Positions 48,529-60,859 of a stretch of 64,000 nt of DNA are shown here, one piece after another. The notes below the pieces were generated by a model that did not search any database, was not told the origin of the DNA, and saw only the letters and a list, made by a program, of their open reading frames with translations. Where the stretch lies: positions 496,001-560,000 of the forward strand of contig NW_027590175.1 in assembly GCF_964213995.1 (NCBI RefSeq). Direction: 5' to 3'. The DNA comes from Mustelus asterias. Its lineage: Eukaryota. The position numbers were made by a program, and so were the translations under genes. Within the stretch, counting starts at the first letter, position 1. Each line of letters starts with the position of its first letter.

Positions 48529-50104
48529 CAGTTATCAGTTAAGGCTCCGGATCCAGCATGATACTGTTTTCTGCGTGAAGTGCAAGAGTCTAGTGTTTAA
48601 TTCAGCGAGACATTTCATTTTAATTTGACCAAAATTTGGATCCAGATCTTGGAGATACCTGTGTCAGTGGAAATAACAAAACCTACTCCATTGCCACCCA
48701 GATTTCATCTTGTGTCGCAATCTTTACGATCAGCTCTTTGCAGCCTATTGCTCAACTTCACTATCTGTGTTTGTTGTTGGCCTATTGCCCATGCGACATT
48801 TCCAATACGGACACAAATCTCGAAAACTCATTCCACTGATTCTGACAGCGCTGTTTTCGATTAGGTCTGTTAAACGGATTCTCAAAAAGATTACATTTTA
48901 GTACATCGAAGCCGTGACCCTGAAAACTCAGAATTCTAACCACTTGACCATCAGGATCTCATCTTCCTGATTCTTCCAGATACTCATTACAGGAATGAGC
49001 ACAGTGTCAATTACCCACAGTGACACCTCATTTCAGTCCTATGCACGCGATTAAGCTTTAAAATTAATTATATTTCCACATGAGCTTCCAGCGTGACGAA
49101 CGCAGAGCTGTGATCAGCTGATGTTGTTCAACAAATTTACAGCATTAAGGTTTATAATAGGTCGATGCTAACACTGTTCTTTGAATGTAGTGAGTTACAG
49201 TGACATTTAATGCAAGAGAAGATAGCTTACTCATTTTGACAGGAGAAACCAGCCGGGCAATGCAAATGTGAATTGCTGTGGGCAATGGATGGGATTGTAG
49301 AATGGGTCTGGTTATTCTCCCTGATGTTTAAACTGGCACAAGTACCAGTACCGTTGGAGGAAATAATTTCAGCTTCTCTTAATTCCAGCGCTGCACGAGA
49401 GCAAACAACGATCATTACCTGACAGGGAATCGATCCCTCGTCAACCTGCGATAATTATTTCACCTCAGTGTCGAATTCATGTTGCAGCTGAGACCAATCA
49501 GTGCTCTCCTTAGCTGAAGGAGGGTTGGTGTTCCAGCTCAACATGGCATTTTGTCCGACAAACATGTCTTAGATACTTTAAACATGTTGACGTTGATAGA
49601 TGAGGTTAAAATCCTTGCAAGTATGTTCCTTGGTAGTCCAGTGGTTAGGTCTCAGCGCTTTTACCGCCGCAGCCCGGGTTCTTTTCCAATCAGAGAATTA
49701 AAATTGATTTCTCTGGCACGGGGCATGAATTAAGAGGAGGTGAAATAACTTCCTGATAGGACACGGGAGATTTTCAAAAACACGAAGAAAATATCCGTCT
49801 CTTAGCACAACCACGCCAATTTCCTGCATCAATTTATATTAACCTTGCCTCTGCTGGTCCCTCCTGTCAAATTGGACAACCATACATTCTATTGCATTAA
49901 GTTTGAACCCAAAAAAAGTGTTCGATCGAAAGTATTTCATGAAGTTTAAATTAAATCAAAAGTTTTAACAAACGAACCCACGTCCTCCAAAAATCTGCCA
50001 GCTTGCATGCAGTGCCTTAGGCCAGTGATCAACCTTACTGACATAATAATTTGTTGACAGATCTGGATTGCCAGTCAACAGAATCAATGGAGTAGGATTG
50101 CATC

Positions 50105-50450
50105 ACATCATAGAAATCATAGAAATCATAGAAACCCTACAGTGCAGAAGGAGGCCATTCGGCCCATCGAGTCTGCACCGACCACAATCCCACCCAGGCC
50201 CTACCCCTACATATTTTACCCGCTAATCCCACTAACCTACGCATCACAGGACTCTAAGGGGCAATTTTTAACCTGGCCAATCAACCTAACCCGCACATCT
50301 TTGGACTGTGGGAGGAAACCGGAGCACCCGGAGGAAACCCACGCAGACACGAGGAGAATGTGCAAACTCCACACAGACAGTGACCCGAGCTGGGAATCGA
50401 ACCCGGGACCCTGGAGCAGTGCTAACCACTGTGCTACCGTGCCGCCCCAT
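50105..50450 (-). mobile_element. Young HE1-like SINE
   Basis: Well-conserved head and core; (catagaaat)n tail. Confidence 0.9.
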
Positions 50451-52627
50451 GTCCCATTGAGCCTCCTCTACCACTGAACAAGTTCAAGGTGGGTCTATAG
50501 ACTAAGTACCGATTTCCAACCCGACCCAATAGCCTTCATTCTCTCAGAGTCTCGAGATCTCTCCATCTCATCCGTCAAATATCTCCATCGACTGAGAATC
50601 CATAGACATCTGGCTTATGGAGTTACATGGATTCACAAGCCTTTGAGTGAAGAAATGTCTCCTCACCTCAGTCCTAAATGGCTGACGTTATCCGGAGAAT
50701 GCGACCCGAGTTCCAGACGCTTCAGCCAGGGAACAAACAGCCTCCAGTATGTAGATAAAAACACATTACTCTTGGTGCTGAAACCTGAAACAAAAACGGA
50801 AACTGCTGGATAAAGGCCGCAGGTCTGACAGCAACGGTGGAGCGAGAAGGGAACTACGGTTTCGCGTCTGGATGTATCGAACAATGACACTTGTCCATGA
50901 AAAACAGGTCTATTGTGTTTGTGAACTGAAGTGAGGCAGTGTGAAACTCAGGATAGTCAGCTAATTGCAGCAGCGAATGTCAGCTACCTTGGTCGTCGAG
51001 TGGTTATGATTAAGTGTTTTCGCCGTTGCGGCCCGGAATCGATTTTCGGGCAGTTGTATCACTGGTTTGCACACCATCACAATGAGCTTTTTCAGCGTCT
51101 GTGGCGTGAGAGACAAAGTTAATCTTCGAACTAATTGATCTTTCAGCAGAGCTCGAAAATCGGAGATAAAACAGGTGGAAAACAAACCCTTGGCTATGAT
51201 CACGAGTGATTCCAGAATAAATGTGCTTTTTGTCACGTTCTAACTCGGTCCCAATACCACTCAGGACAATAGTTCCCGCACGTTTTTAAGAGGAAGCGGG
51301 GCCGATCGCTTATATCACCCATGTCAATGATTCCTGCTGTTACTGAATACTCTCAGGTTAGGGCGGTCTCTATAAATATAAAGACTCTGTGTTCAAGCCG
51401 TAAACCATGTCCCCTCCCCATGTTACCTTTAGATCATTTAGTTCTCCAAGCAGCTTCACATTGGTTTACAATCTGTGAGGATTGACATCTATGATGTTTC
51501 TGCCTGAGAACTAGCAGCCAGTTTTGTGCCCTTGAGTACTGTCCCGCAGCTAGCAGTGTACAGGACTTTTTTGCTGAACTACGTCTTTTAACACTTTTAC
51601 TGTAGATGGTTATTAGTGTGGCTACTAACCCCCTTTACGCTGCATCACTGTAACCTTTTCTCTTCTTTTCTCGTCAAGCACGGACACAATGTGTATAAAG
51701 ACGGCAAAGATTAAGAAAAAATAAACTCTCTGCCATAATAGGTTTGTGTTTTCAATATTCATAGAATCAGAGTGAAATTTGGTCAATTGTTTTGGGCAAT
51801 TTAAATTTTTTTTTAGCATGTTCCAGTATGTAAGATTAATGTCTGGCAGAGGAATTACGGAGTGCAAAAAAGTTTACACACTCCCATTCTGAATGGGGTT
51901 AGTGTCTGATAACTGCACCAGAGGTACAAAATTACAGTTTGATAGAACACCAATTTCAATCTCCATGTGGTATCCCGCGTGCTGAATGAGGAACAAAGTT
52001 CCCGTAAAGTATTTGCTAATAAAACGGGCGAATGCACCAGCCGAACTCCTGTTGCAAGCTTGAAATGCTGGTAATATTCTTCAGTAGTCACACCTCAGCA
52101 ACCGGTTCCCAAGCGCAGGCATTGAGTTACTGAGACTCACGACGTCCAACGCATGCAGTAGCTGTGGGTCGCCAAAAGCTGGGGATATTGTATCACTTCA
52201 ACAGTACGACAGTGAAACAGACCTGAGGAGACTTTTTAGGGGAAATGAAAGCACTGACATCCATATCTATGAAAGTGGAATTCAAAGGGAAATATTGTCC
52301 GAGGGTTGTGAATTCATCACTTTCATTGATAGTTGCATTCCTACTAATGGAATTGAATGTTTGCAAGTAATGATTTCATTACATTCCATTCTCGTTGCTT
52401 TTATGAATTCACTGTTTTTATCACCAAGACTTTGGTAAATATTATTAATCATAGTTGTACAGATATGAAACTGTCCCTCAGATTTCCGCACTTCAGCCAT
52501 TTTTGTTCGAGGTCCCATCTCAAATCCAGTCCAGTTCTGCCTCGATTCTGGTCGGCGTATGTTAAAAATGTGTTTCCTTATTTGAAATTTCCACCCTCGG
52601 ACATTTAGTGCCCGAACTCATTCTGAC

Positions 52628-53330
52628 ACATAGAACAAAGAAAAGAACAAAGAAAATTACAGCACAGGAACAGGCCCTCCAAGCCTGCACCGACCATGCT
52701 GCCTAACTTAAGTAAAGCCCCTCACCTTTCCGGGGACCATATCCCTCGCTTCCCATTCTATTCATGTATTTGTCAAGACTGCCCTTAAAAGCCACTACAG
52801 TATCCACTTCCACTACCTCCCCGGCAGCGAGTTCCAGGCACCCACCACCCTCTCTGTGAAAAAATCTGCCTCGTACATCTTCTTTAAATCTTGCCCCTTG
52901 CACCTTAAACCTATGCCCCCTAGTAATCGACTCTCCCACACTGGGAAAAATGCTTCTGACTATCCACTCTGTCCATGCCTTTCATAATCTTATAGACTTC
53001 TAACGGGACGCCCCTCAACCTCCGTCGCTCCAGTGAGAACAAACCAAGTTTCTCCCAACTCTCTTCATAGCTAATGCCCTCCATAGCAGGCAACATCCTG
53101 GTAAATCTTTTCTGTACCCTCTCCAAAGACTCCATATTCTTCTGGCAGACTGGCGACCAGAATTCAACACTATGTTCCAACTGCGGCCTAACTAAGGTTA
53201 TATAAAGCTGCAACATTACTTGCCAATTGTTAAACTCAATGCTTAGGCCGATGAAGGCAAGCAAGCCATATGCCTTCTTGACTACCTTCTCCACCTGCGT
53301 TGCCACTTTCAGTGACCTGTGCACCCACAT
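52628..53330 (-). mobile_element. 5'-truncated CR1 LINE
   Basis: VHRSLKVATQV..ERVQKRFTRM; (aaagaac) tail. Confidence 0.9.
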
Positions 53331-53619
53331 CCCATTGCCTCCCAATGCACGGAAGGGTTCTGCCATTTACTGTATAATGCTAGAAATTCCATGGGAGTTT
53401 TCGAATGATTTACTGGCCACTTCTTTGCATTGTTAGCAAATTGTACCAACTGCATTGTCGAAAAGAAGAGAACAATATTTCCATTCTGAAAACCCTGCCT
53501 TCAAATCGCATTTGCTGAATTATAATCGGACACAAACGTTCAATTGGAAAACCTTATCGGCATAATATTAGAGGCAGAAATAATCAACTTAAATTTTCCA
53601 AGTGTAAAGTCATCAGGAG

Positions 53620-55010
53620 TCTGTGTTGGGATGGGGCGGCGGTGGAGGGTTCGGGTTGGGTGGATGGTAAAGAGTGGGATGTTGGAGTGGATGGTGGAGG
53701 TTTGTTGTTGATTAGAATGGTGGGAGTTTGGGGAAGGAGTTGCCTGAATGGTGGGGAGATGCAGTGGATGGTGGGAGGGGCGGTGTTGAGTGGGATGGTG
53801 GGGGTTTGTGGGAGGAGTTGGAGAGGATGGTGAATGTTGGGGATTTGGAGCGGATGGTGGGGGTGTGATTTGGGTTTGAATGGTGGGTGATTCCGGGAGG
53901 TGTTAAGGTGGATAGTGAAGGGTGGGAAGATGGAATGCATGGTGGGACTTGCGGGGTTGTCTTGGATGGTGGGAGTTTCATGGAGGAGTTGGAGTGGATC
54001 GTGATGGATGGGGAGTTCGAGTGAATGATGGGAGTTGTGGGGTTGGGTGGGATGGTGGGGGTTTGCGGGAGCAGTTGTGATGAATGGTGAAGTGTGGGAA
54101 TGTGGAGTGGATGTTGGGAGGTGTGGGGTCCGGTTGGATGTTGGGAGTTTGGGGGATGAATTTGGGTGGATGGTGAATTGTGGGGAGTTGGAGTGGATGG
54201 TGTGTGGTTGGGTTGGATGGTACTAGTTTGGTGACGGGTTCGGCTGGATGGTGAAGGATGTGGAGGTGGAGGCGATGGTTGAAGGTGTGGTGTTAGGTTG
54301 GATGATGGGGACTTGGTGGAGCATTTGGGGTGGATGGTGAATGGTGAGGATTTGGAGTGGATGATGGAAGGTGTGGGGTTGTGTTTGATGGTGGGAGTTT
54401 GGTGTAAGAGTTGGTGTGGATGGTGGAGAGTGTCGAGTTGGAGTAGATGGCGTGAGGTGTGCGTTGGGTTGGATTGTGGCTTTTGAGTGGAGGAGTTGAG
54501 GTGGAAAGTGCAGGGTAGAGAGGTGGACTGGGTAGTGTGGAGGGTGTGGAGTTGGAGTGCAAGGTTGGATTTGTGCGATTGGGTTGGATGATGGCTGTTG
54601 AGTGGAGGAGTTGGGGGTGATAGAGAAGGGTGGGGAGTTAGAGTGAATGGTAGGAGGCCGTGGGGTTGCATTGGATGGTGGGCGTTTGGGGGATGAGTTG
54701 GGCTGGGTGGTGAAGGGTGGAGAGTTGGGTTCGATGGAGGAGGGCGTGGATATGGCATGAATGGTGGATGGTGTCTGGATGGGTTGGATGGTAGGAGTTT
54801 TTGGCAGGAGTTGGGGTGGATGGTGAAGGGTGGGGAGCTCGAGTGGATGGTAGGAGGTGCGAGGTTGGGTTGGATTGGAGGAGGTTAGGGGATGTGTTGG
54901 GGTGCATGGTGAATAGCGAGGATTTTGTGTGGATGTTGGGGGGTGTGGTATTGTTTGGATGGTAGTTGTTTGGGGGAGGAGTTGGGCTGGATGATGAAGC
55001 GTTGATGGGA
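53620..55010 (+). repeat. Degenerate G/T-rich tandem repeat (ggagttggagtggatggtg-type subunits)
   Basis: 1.4 kb very poor in C on the + strand; Pro/His/Thr-rich ORFs are compositional artefacts. Confidence 0.9.
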
Positions 55011-55306
55011 CTGAGGCCAAAACAGAGTTCTCTTTCTTTTGGAGCATGGAGGTAGGTTGGAGCTGATGTAAAATGCTGCATCCAGTGTCCCCCTCCCAAA
55101 CGAAGAGGGGAATCGATTCTAGAAATCAATGTGTCCAGTCCGTGCTGAATGCGAGGGTCGACCTGACTGAAATCCAGATTAAAATGTTTGGACATTCTTT
55201 TTCAAATTTTAAATTCGTCTCCATCGCTAAGTCTGGTTGATGAATGGAAAAGTGACCCCACTGCGAGATGGCTTTATTCAGGTAAGTGAGTTATAATGAC
55301 TGACTA

Positions 55307-56214
55307 TCAGATCACTGTTTTAATGAACTGCACAATTCCAGTAAATGGAAGTTTCACCACATTCTTCAGATCCTCTCTGAATTGTGCCTGGGTCACGGCA
55401 TAAATGCATGTGTTGGTGCAGCAACTCAGGAGTTGCAGCATAAATCCCAGTTCCTGCACAAATTCGGGCAAAATTGTACTAATTAATCTGATACGCTCCA
55501 ATCGGCTACAAAACGAATAGATGAGGAACACTGACCATAACAAGATGAAATTTCCCGATATTGCAAACAGTAAGATAATGGATTTCCTTCTCTTTTCTAT
55601 CTCTGGGTCACTTTGACTTCCCCCACTCTTGTGGCTCCGAAGTCTCCTGCGGACTTTGCTCGACACTAAAATGTGTTTAACGGTTATAACATTGAGCAGC
55701 AGAATCAACAAGAATGGAACAAATGGAGTTAAAATATAGTGTACAGTTTCAACTGCTGCCCACACACCTGATTCTGTAACATCAGAATGTACAAAACAAA
55801 ACCAAGGATTATTTGCGAAATAATATGTATCCCCACACATGAAGTACCAGAAAGTGTTCTTTACACTGAACACCACACTCACTGTTCCGAGAACCACAGC
55901 TGCCGTTTTCTCGGTGCAGTGTTTTATTTTCAGTTTCTGACAAGCAATGGCCACGAAACGATCAAAGGTGAAAGCGACAGTGAACCAGACAGAACAATCA
56001 GTGATTGCGTAAAGTAGGACAGCATGGATATTACACACTCTAATGTGAGCCATGAACAGAAATTGATGAAGAAAACGGATAGGAATGTGTCTCAATATGA
56101 GATCCATTATAACGACCAGTAGATCTGCCGCTGACATGGAAGTTAGGTAACGTGTGACACATTTGGAAAGCCCACACCTTCCTCGTGATAGGATAAGAAT
56201 CGTCAGTAAGTTAA
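55307..56214 (-). CDS. Class A GPCR, GPR139/GPR142-like (shark-expanded family), main coding exon
   Basis: Acceptor cttccttacag then VNLLTILILSRGRCGLS..AADLL..FTFDRFVAI..TPFVPF..SCCTNTCIY; open to TGA; first exon (N-terminus and start of TM1) not found. Confidence 0.88.
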
Positions 56215-56748
56215 CTGTAAGGAAGAGAGGCACAATTAACTCATATTTCAGACTGAGAACAGGGGCAGCGATCTATCAGGGTCCTGTGGAACATTTGCTG
56301 CTTTTTCTTACAGAGGCCAGCCTCAGAACAGAATGACTTCACCTGTAACCTCTCTTTCAGCTGGAGACAGAGGTTAAAGGAATAAAACACCGCATTGATG
56401 TAACAAGAAATACAATTGACCAACAGATGTAATCTATCTGCTGCCTTGTGCAGAAGCTCCCTTTGGGAGACATAATATTTTTGGCTGAAATGCTACACAA
56501 ACGTGTTTCTGGTGCTAGGCACTGCTGTGTCTGTGCTAAAAACTGTCCATTTGTTCATCTTGGATCAGTTGCTTTGGACTTGCTTGTGAATCGCGAAGCT
56601 GGGCTTTGTCACTTCGACGGGAAGTGTCAAAGTGACAGTCGGGGATGGGGGGTGGGGGGAGTAGCTGGCTGCTTGGTGTCTGGAGAAGAATGGGGGGTTC
56701 TTCGGGGCAGGTGCGGAGGGCGGACGTTACTGGAGCAGCTAACGTTGC

Positions 56749-56772
56749 TTTTATAGTGGGTGGATTACGTGA
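56749..56772 (-). promoter_or_regulatory. Candidate Pol II core promoter: TATAAAA with adjacent ATF/CRE-like site
   Basis: rc gtcacgtaatccacccactataaaag, oriented toward the GPCR exon. Confidence 0.4.
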
Positions 56773-56814
56773 CGGAGCTGCAATAGAGCCTGACTATTCT
56801 TGCGAGTTTGTCCA

Positions 56815-56890
56815 TGTGTGTGTCTGTGTGTGTATTTGTGTGTGTGTGTGTGTGTATGTGTGTGTGTGTGCGCGCGCGCGCGCGCGTGCG
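56815..56890. repeat. (TG)n(CG)n microsatellite, Z-DNA-prone
   Basis: Alternating purine-pyrimidine tract. Confidence 0.9.
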
Positions 56891-56914
56891 TCCGTGTGCA
56901 CCTGTGTGTATGTC

Positions 56915-58920
56915 ATAGAGTAATAGAGTCAAAGTGTTTTGCAGCACGGCCATTTGGCCGAATTTGTCCACGCTGCCCAGTTTTTAACCATTAACCTGGT
57001 ACCAACTGCCTGCATTTGGCCCATATACCTGGACACCATTCTGACCCAGGTAACTTTCTAAATGGTTTTTCAAAAACAAAATTGTACCCGCCTCTACAAC
57101 TACCTCTGGCAGTTCGTTCCAGACACTCACCGCCCTCTATGAGAAAAATCGACCCTCTGGACCCTTTTGTATCTCTCCCCTCTCATCGTAATCTTATGCC
57201 CTCTCCTTTCAGACTCCCCTACATTTGGGAAAAGATGTTCACTATCGACACCATCTATGCCCCTCATTATTTTAGAGAATTCTATTAGATCACCCCTGGG
57301 CGGCACAGTGGCACAGTGGTTGGCATTGCTGCCTCATAGCGCCATGGACCTGGGTTGGATTCCCAGCTTGTGTCTGTGTGGAATTTGCACATTCTCCCTG
57401 TGCCTGTGTGTGTTTCCTCTGGGTGCTCAGGTTTCCTCACACAGTTCAAAGATGTGCAGGTTAGGTTGATTGGACACAGTAAATTGCCACGTAGCGTCAG
57501 GGGGACTAGCATTGTCAATGCTTGGGTCACAGGGATAGGGGCTGGGTAGGATTGTGTTGGGTACAGACTCGATGGGCAAAATGGCCTCCTCCTGCACTGT
57601 AGGGATGCTTTGATATAAGACTCCACTGCTCCAGGGAAGGAAAGTCTATCCACCCTCTGTTAATAACTCAAACCATCAATTCCCGTTAGCAACAGACTAT
57701 ATTTGCTTCGCATTCTTTCCAACTTAATAGTATTTTTTGTATAATAGGGTGACTATAATTGGACATCATATTACATGTGCGGCGTTACCAATGTTTCGTG
57801 CAACTTCAATGAGACGTCCCAACTTCTGCATTCAATTTTCTGACCAACGAAACCAAGAATGCCTAGTGCCTTCTTCATCACTCTGTCCACCTGTGACTCC
57901 ACTTTCAAGGAGATATATGGCATGAGATATATTTGTTCTATAACTCTCTCAACGCCCTTCAATTTTCTGGGTACATGTTGCTCAGGTTCGATCTGCGAAA
58001 ATGCATCACCTCATATTTATCTAAATTAAACTCAATCTGCCATTCATCATCCCATTGGCCCAGCTATTCAAGAGCACGTGGCAATCCTAAATAACCTTTA
58101 CATTGTCAACTGTGCTACCAATTTTACTGCCTTCTGCAAACGTACTAACCATGCCTTCTAAATTCTCATCCAAATCATTAATTTAAATGACATATGCCAG
58201 TGGACCCAGCACAGATCCAGGAAGCACAGCGCTGGTCACAGGCGTCCAGTTTGAAAAGCAATCTTGTACAATCACCCACTGCCTTCTGTCATCGAGTTCG
58301 TTTTGTATCCAATTGGCTACCTCACCGTGCATCCATTGAGATTAAATTTTATGCAACAACCTTCCATGCGGTACCCTGCCAATTGCCTTGTTAAAATCCA
58401 TATCGACGTCATCGACTACACTGCCTCCTTCTCTATAATATCTGCACTCCGCAAGACATCCTATTTATTTCCCCAAGTTTCCTAACATCCATGCCTTTCT
58501 CAGCAGCAAATACTGATGAGAAATATTCATTTAGGATCTCACCCATCTCTTGTGGATCCGCACATAGATGATCTTGTTTATTCCTAAGAGGCCCTATTAA
58601 CTCCTCAGTCACTCTTTTGCACTTTGTGTGTTTGTAGAAGCTCCATGGATTCCCCTTGACGTTATCTGCCAAAGCAATCTCGTGTCCCTTTTTTGTTCTC
58701 CTGATTTCTCTCTTAAGTTTACCCCAACACCCTCTATACAATTCAAGGGATCCAGTTGATCCCAGTTGCCTATGCTTTTTGCTTCATGACCAGAGCCTCA
58801 ATATCCCAAGTCATCCAGGGTTCCCTATTTCTACCAGCCTTGCTCTTCACCCTAAAAGGAATGTGTTTACCCTGAACATTTGTTCACACACTGTTTAAAG
58901 ACTTCCACTTACCAGACGTC
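56915..58920 (-). mobile_element. Old CR1 LINE interrupted by HE1-like SINE (57295-57610, +)
   Basis: Frameshifted CR1 peptides; SINE head gggcggcacagtggcacagtgg. Confidence 0.85.
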
Positions 58921-60859
58921 AATTTGCCTGCCAATAGACTCCCCCAATCTCGAGATTGATTGTGCATTTGTGGGAGACGTTGTGCGTGAACGCGAGAGTA
59001 TGTGCCAGATTGTTTTTAAGAATTGTGCGTGTGCGAGAGATTGTTTGTGAGAGAGAGTGATTGCGTGGGAGATATGGAAACGTATCATGTTAGAGGAATA
59101 GAGTGGGGTTGTGTATGAGAGAGAGTTGTTGTGTGTATTTTTGTGGTGGGAAGTGGTTTCACTTCCAGCATCAGATTTCATACAGCCTCACTGCCACGCA
59201 CCAATACGCTCACATTTCAGTGTTTCTTCCCACAATCCGAAAGACATGTTGATTCGGTGCATTGGCCATGCTAACTTCTCCCTCAGTGTACACAAACAGG
59301 CGCCGGAATGTGGTGACTCGGGGACTTACACAGTAACTTCATTGTAATGTTAATATAAGTCTACTTGTGACACTAATAAATAAACTTAAAACTTAAATAA
59401 ACTATTCCTCCTGAGACCTGAGCCATCACAGCGAACGTTGTACAGCTAACCCATTTCCCTTCGCATGATGCTTAGGCGAATTTGAACGAATTGGGAACAG
59501 GGAAAGTTGCTGACCCTGACAATTGGCCAGTTTGAGAGCTGTCGACCTGCACAGCAGATCAAGTCGCTCCTTAAGACTACCTGTTAAGTTGCTGTGAAAT
59601 GAAAGTGATGAAACCTGACATAAAGTCAACCATCAACATGTATTAAGGATAAATGGAAAATTGTATCCGTGGGACATTGAGAGAAGCCGAAATTACATCT
59701 CAAATATTATACAGCCGTTAGAAGGTAATGCAAAAATAGAACTTTTGCATTAAAGAGCGACACAGAAATGGCGTTACGAACGATCATTAAATAAAACAGT
59801 ATCATATTTCACAGACTTATAATACCGTTTCAAATCTGTCTCCTTTGAAACAGCGCGAACAGAAATTTCCACAATAAATTCACCCTGAGAGGACATAGCT
59901 TGAATTATATTTTGATTCATTGTTTAGCACTGAGATGGTACATTTGATAAGAACATTACTTTGATTCTCAGAGTTCACAGACATCACTTGTTGGAACGTC
60001 ATAATAATAACGGGACATCGAAATGCACTATCCAATCAGCAGTAGGATATCTATTGAATTTCGGATGCCCTGTGAACTCATGGGTAAATCAGACCGATTA
60101 TCTCGTATGAACACAGTGGATTGTTTACAGGCCTAGTAACAGTTCAAACTTTGATCACTACTTCTAATCCACAGCTAATGTGGAATCACAATACATCTCA
60201 ACAGCCATAAATGAGAGATCAGAATAATACAATCGATCACATTTCCATATTCGCTTTTCATTGTCCTGACATGTTACATTGTTCGCTTAAGCTCTTTCAG
60301 TCCCTTTATTGCTACACAGACGGTGGACAAGACAAGCCAAAACTATCGCCTGGTGAGTTGCTGCATTCACACAGTCCTCCCGTTACTCACTTATGCCCTC
60401 GACCTGAGTAATCACATTCCTCTCTGCTCCCAAATAAGTGTGGAATTTGCAGATAGTCGAACCATATATTGTTAAAAATATATTTCTGAGCTAATTAAAT
60501 TATTGCTGGCATGGCAGAGGAACAACAGGTAATTAGAAATATAAATTAAATTCGTTCTTTCTCAACTGGACATTTAAAATAATACGAATCGGGTAATCAA
60601 GGTGAGTCAGAAAATTGCAGGCGATTTTCACATGCAGTGCGAATGGTGAGAAGCGAATAGGCCTGAAGTTTGATCCAGACGTCAATAATTCACAAGTCAA
60701 ATTATGAATTTAGCAACTTATCTTTGAGAGGTAGCAACACAATGAAGGTCCGAATTGATGTTGTTGTCATGGGAACAGCCTAGAAGAAGGATAACCCAGA
60801 GTCAAAACGTTTCCTCTATTCTTTCTCAACAGATGCTGGCAGACCAGACCAGTTGAGTT

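Noticed and set aside
28965-49030. Isolated CACAGTG heptamers (e.g. ~28968, 32794, 46938, 49000) as D/J RSSs
   Set aside because: No nonamer at 12 or 23 nt and no FGXG J motif seen
53584-55195. Long Pro/His/Thr-rich ORFs (up to 348 aa)
   Set aside because: Open in all three minus frames because of low-complexity repeat composition
60320-60358. Possible 33-nt plus-strand micro-exon (cag|ACGGTGG..CGCCTG|gtgagt)
   Set aside because: Splice-like signals only; no recognisable gene context
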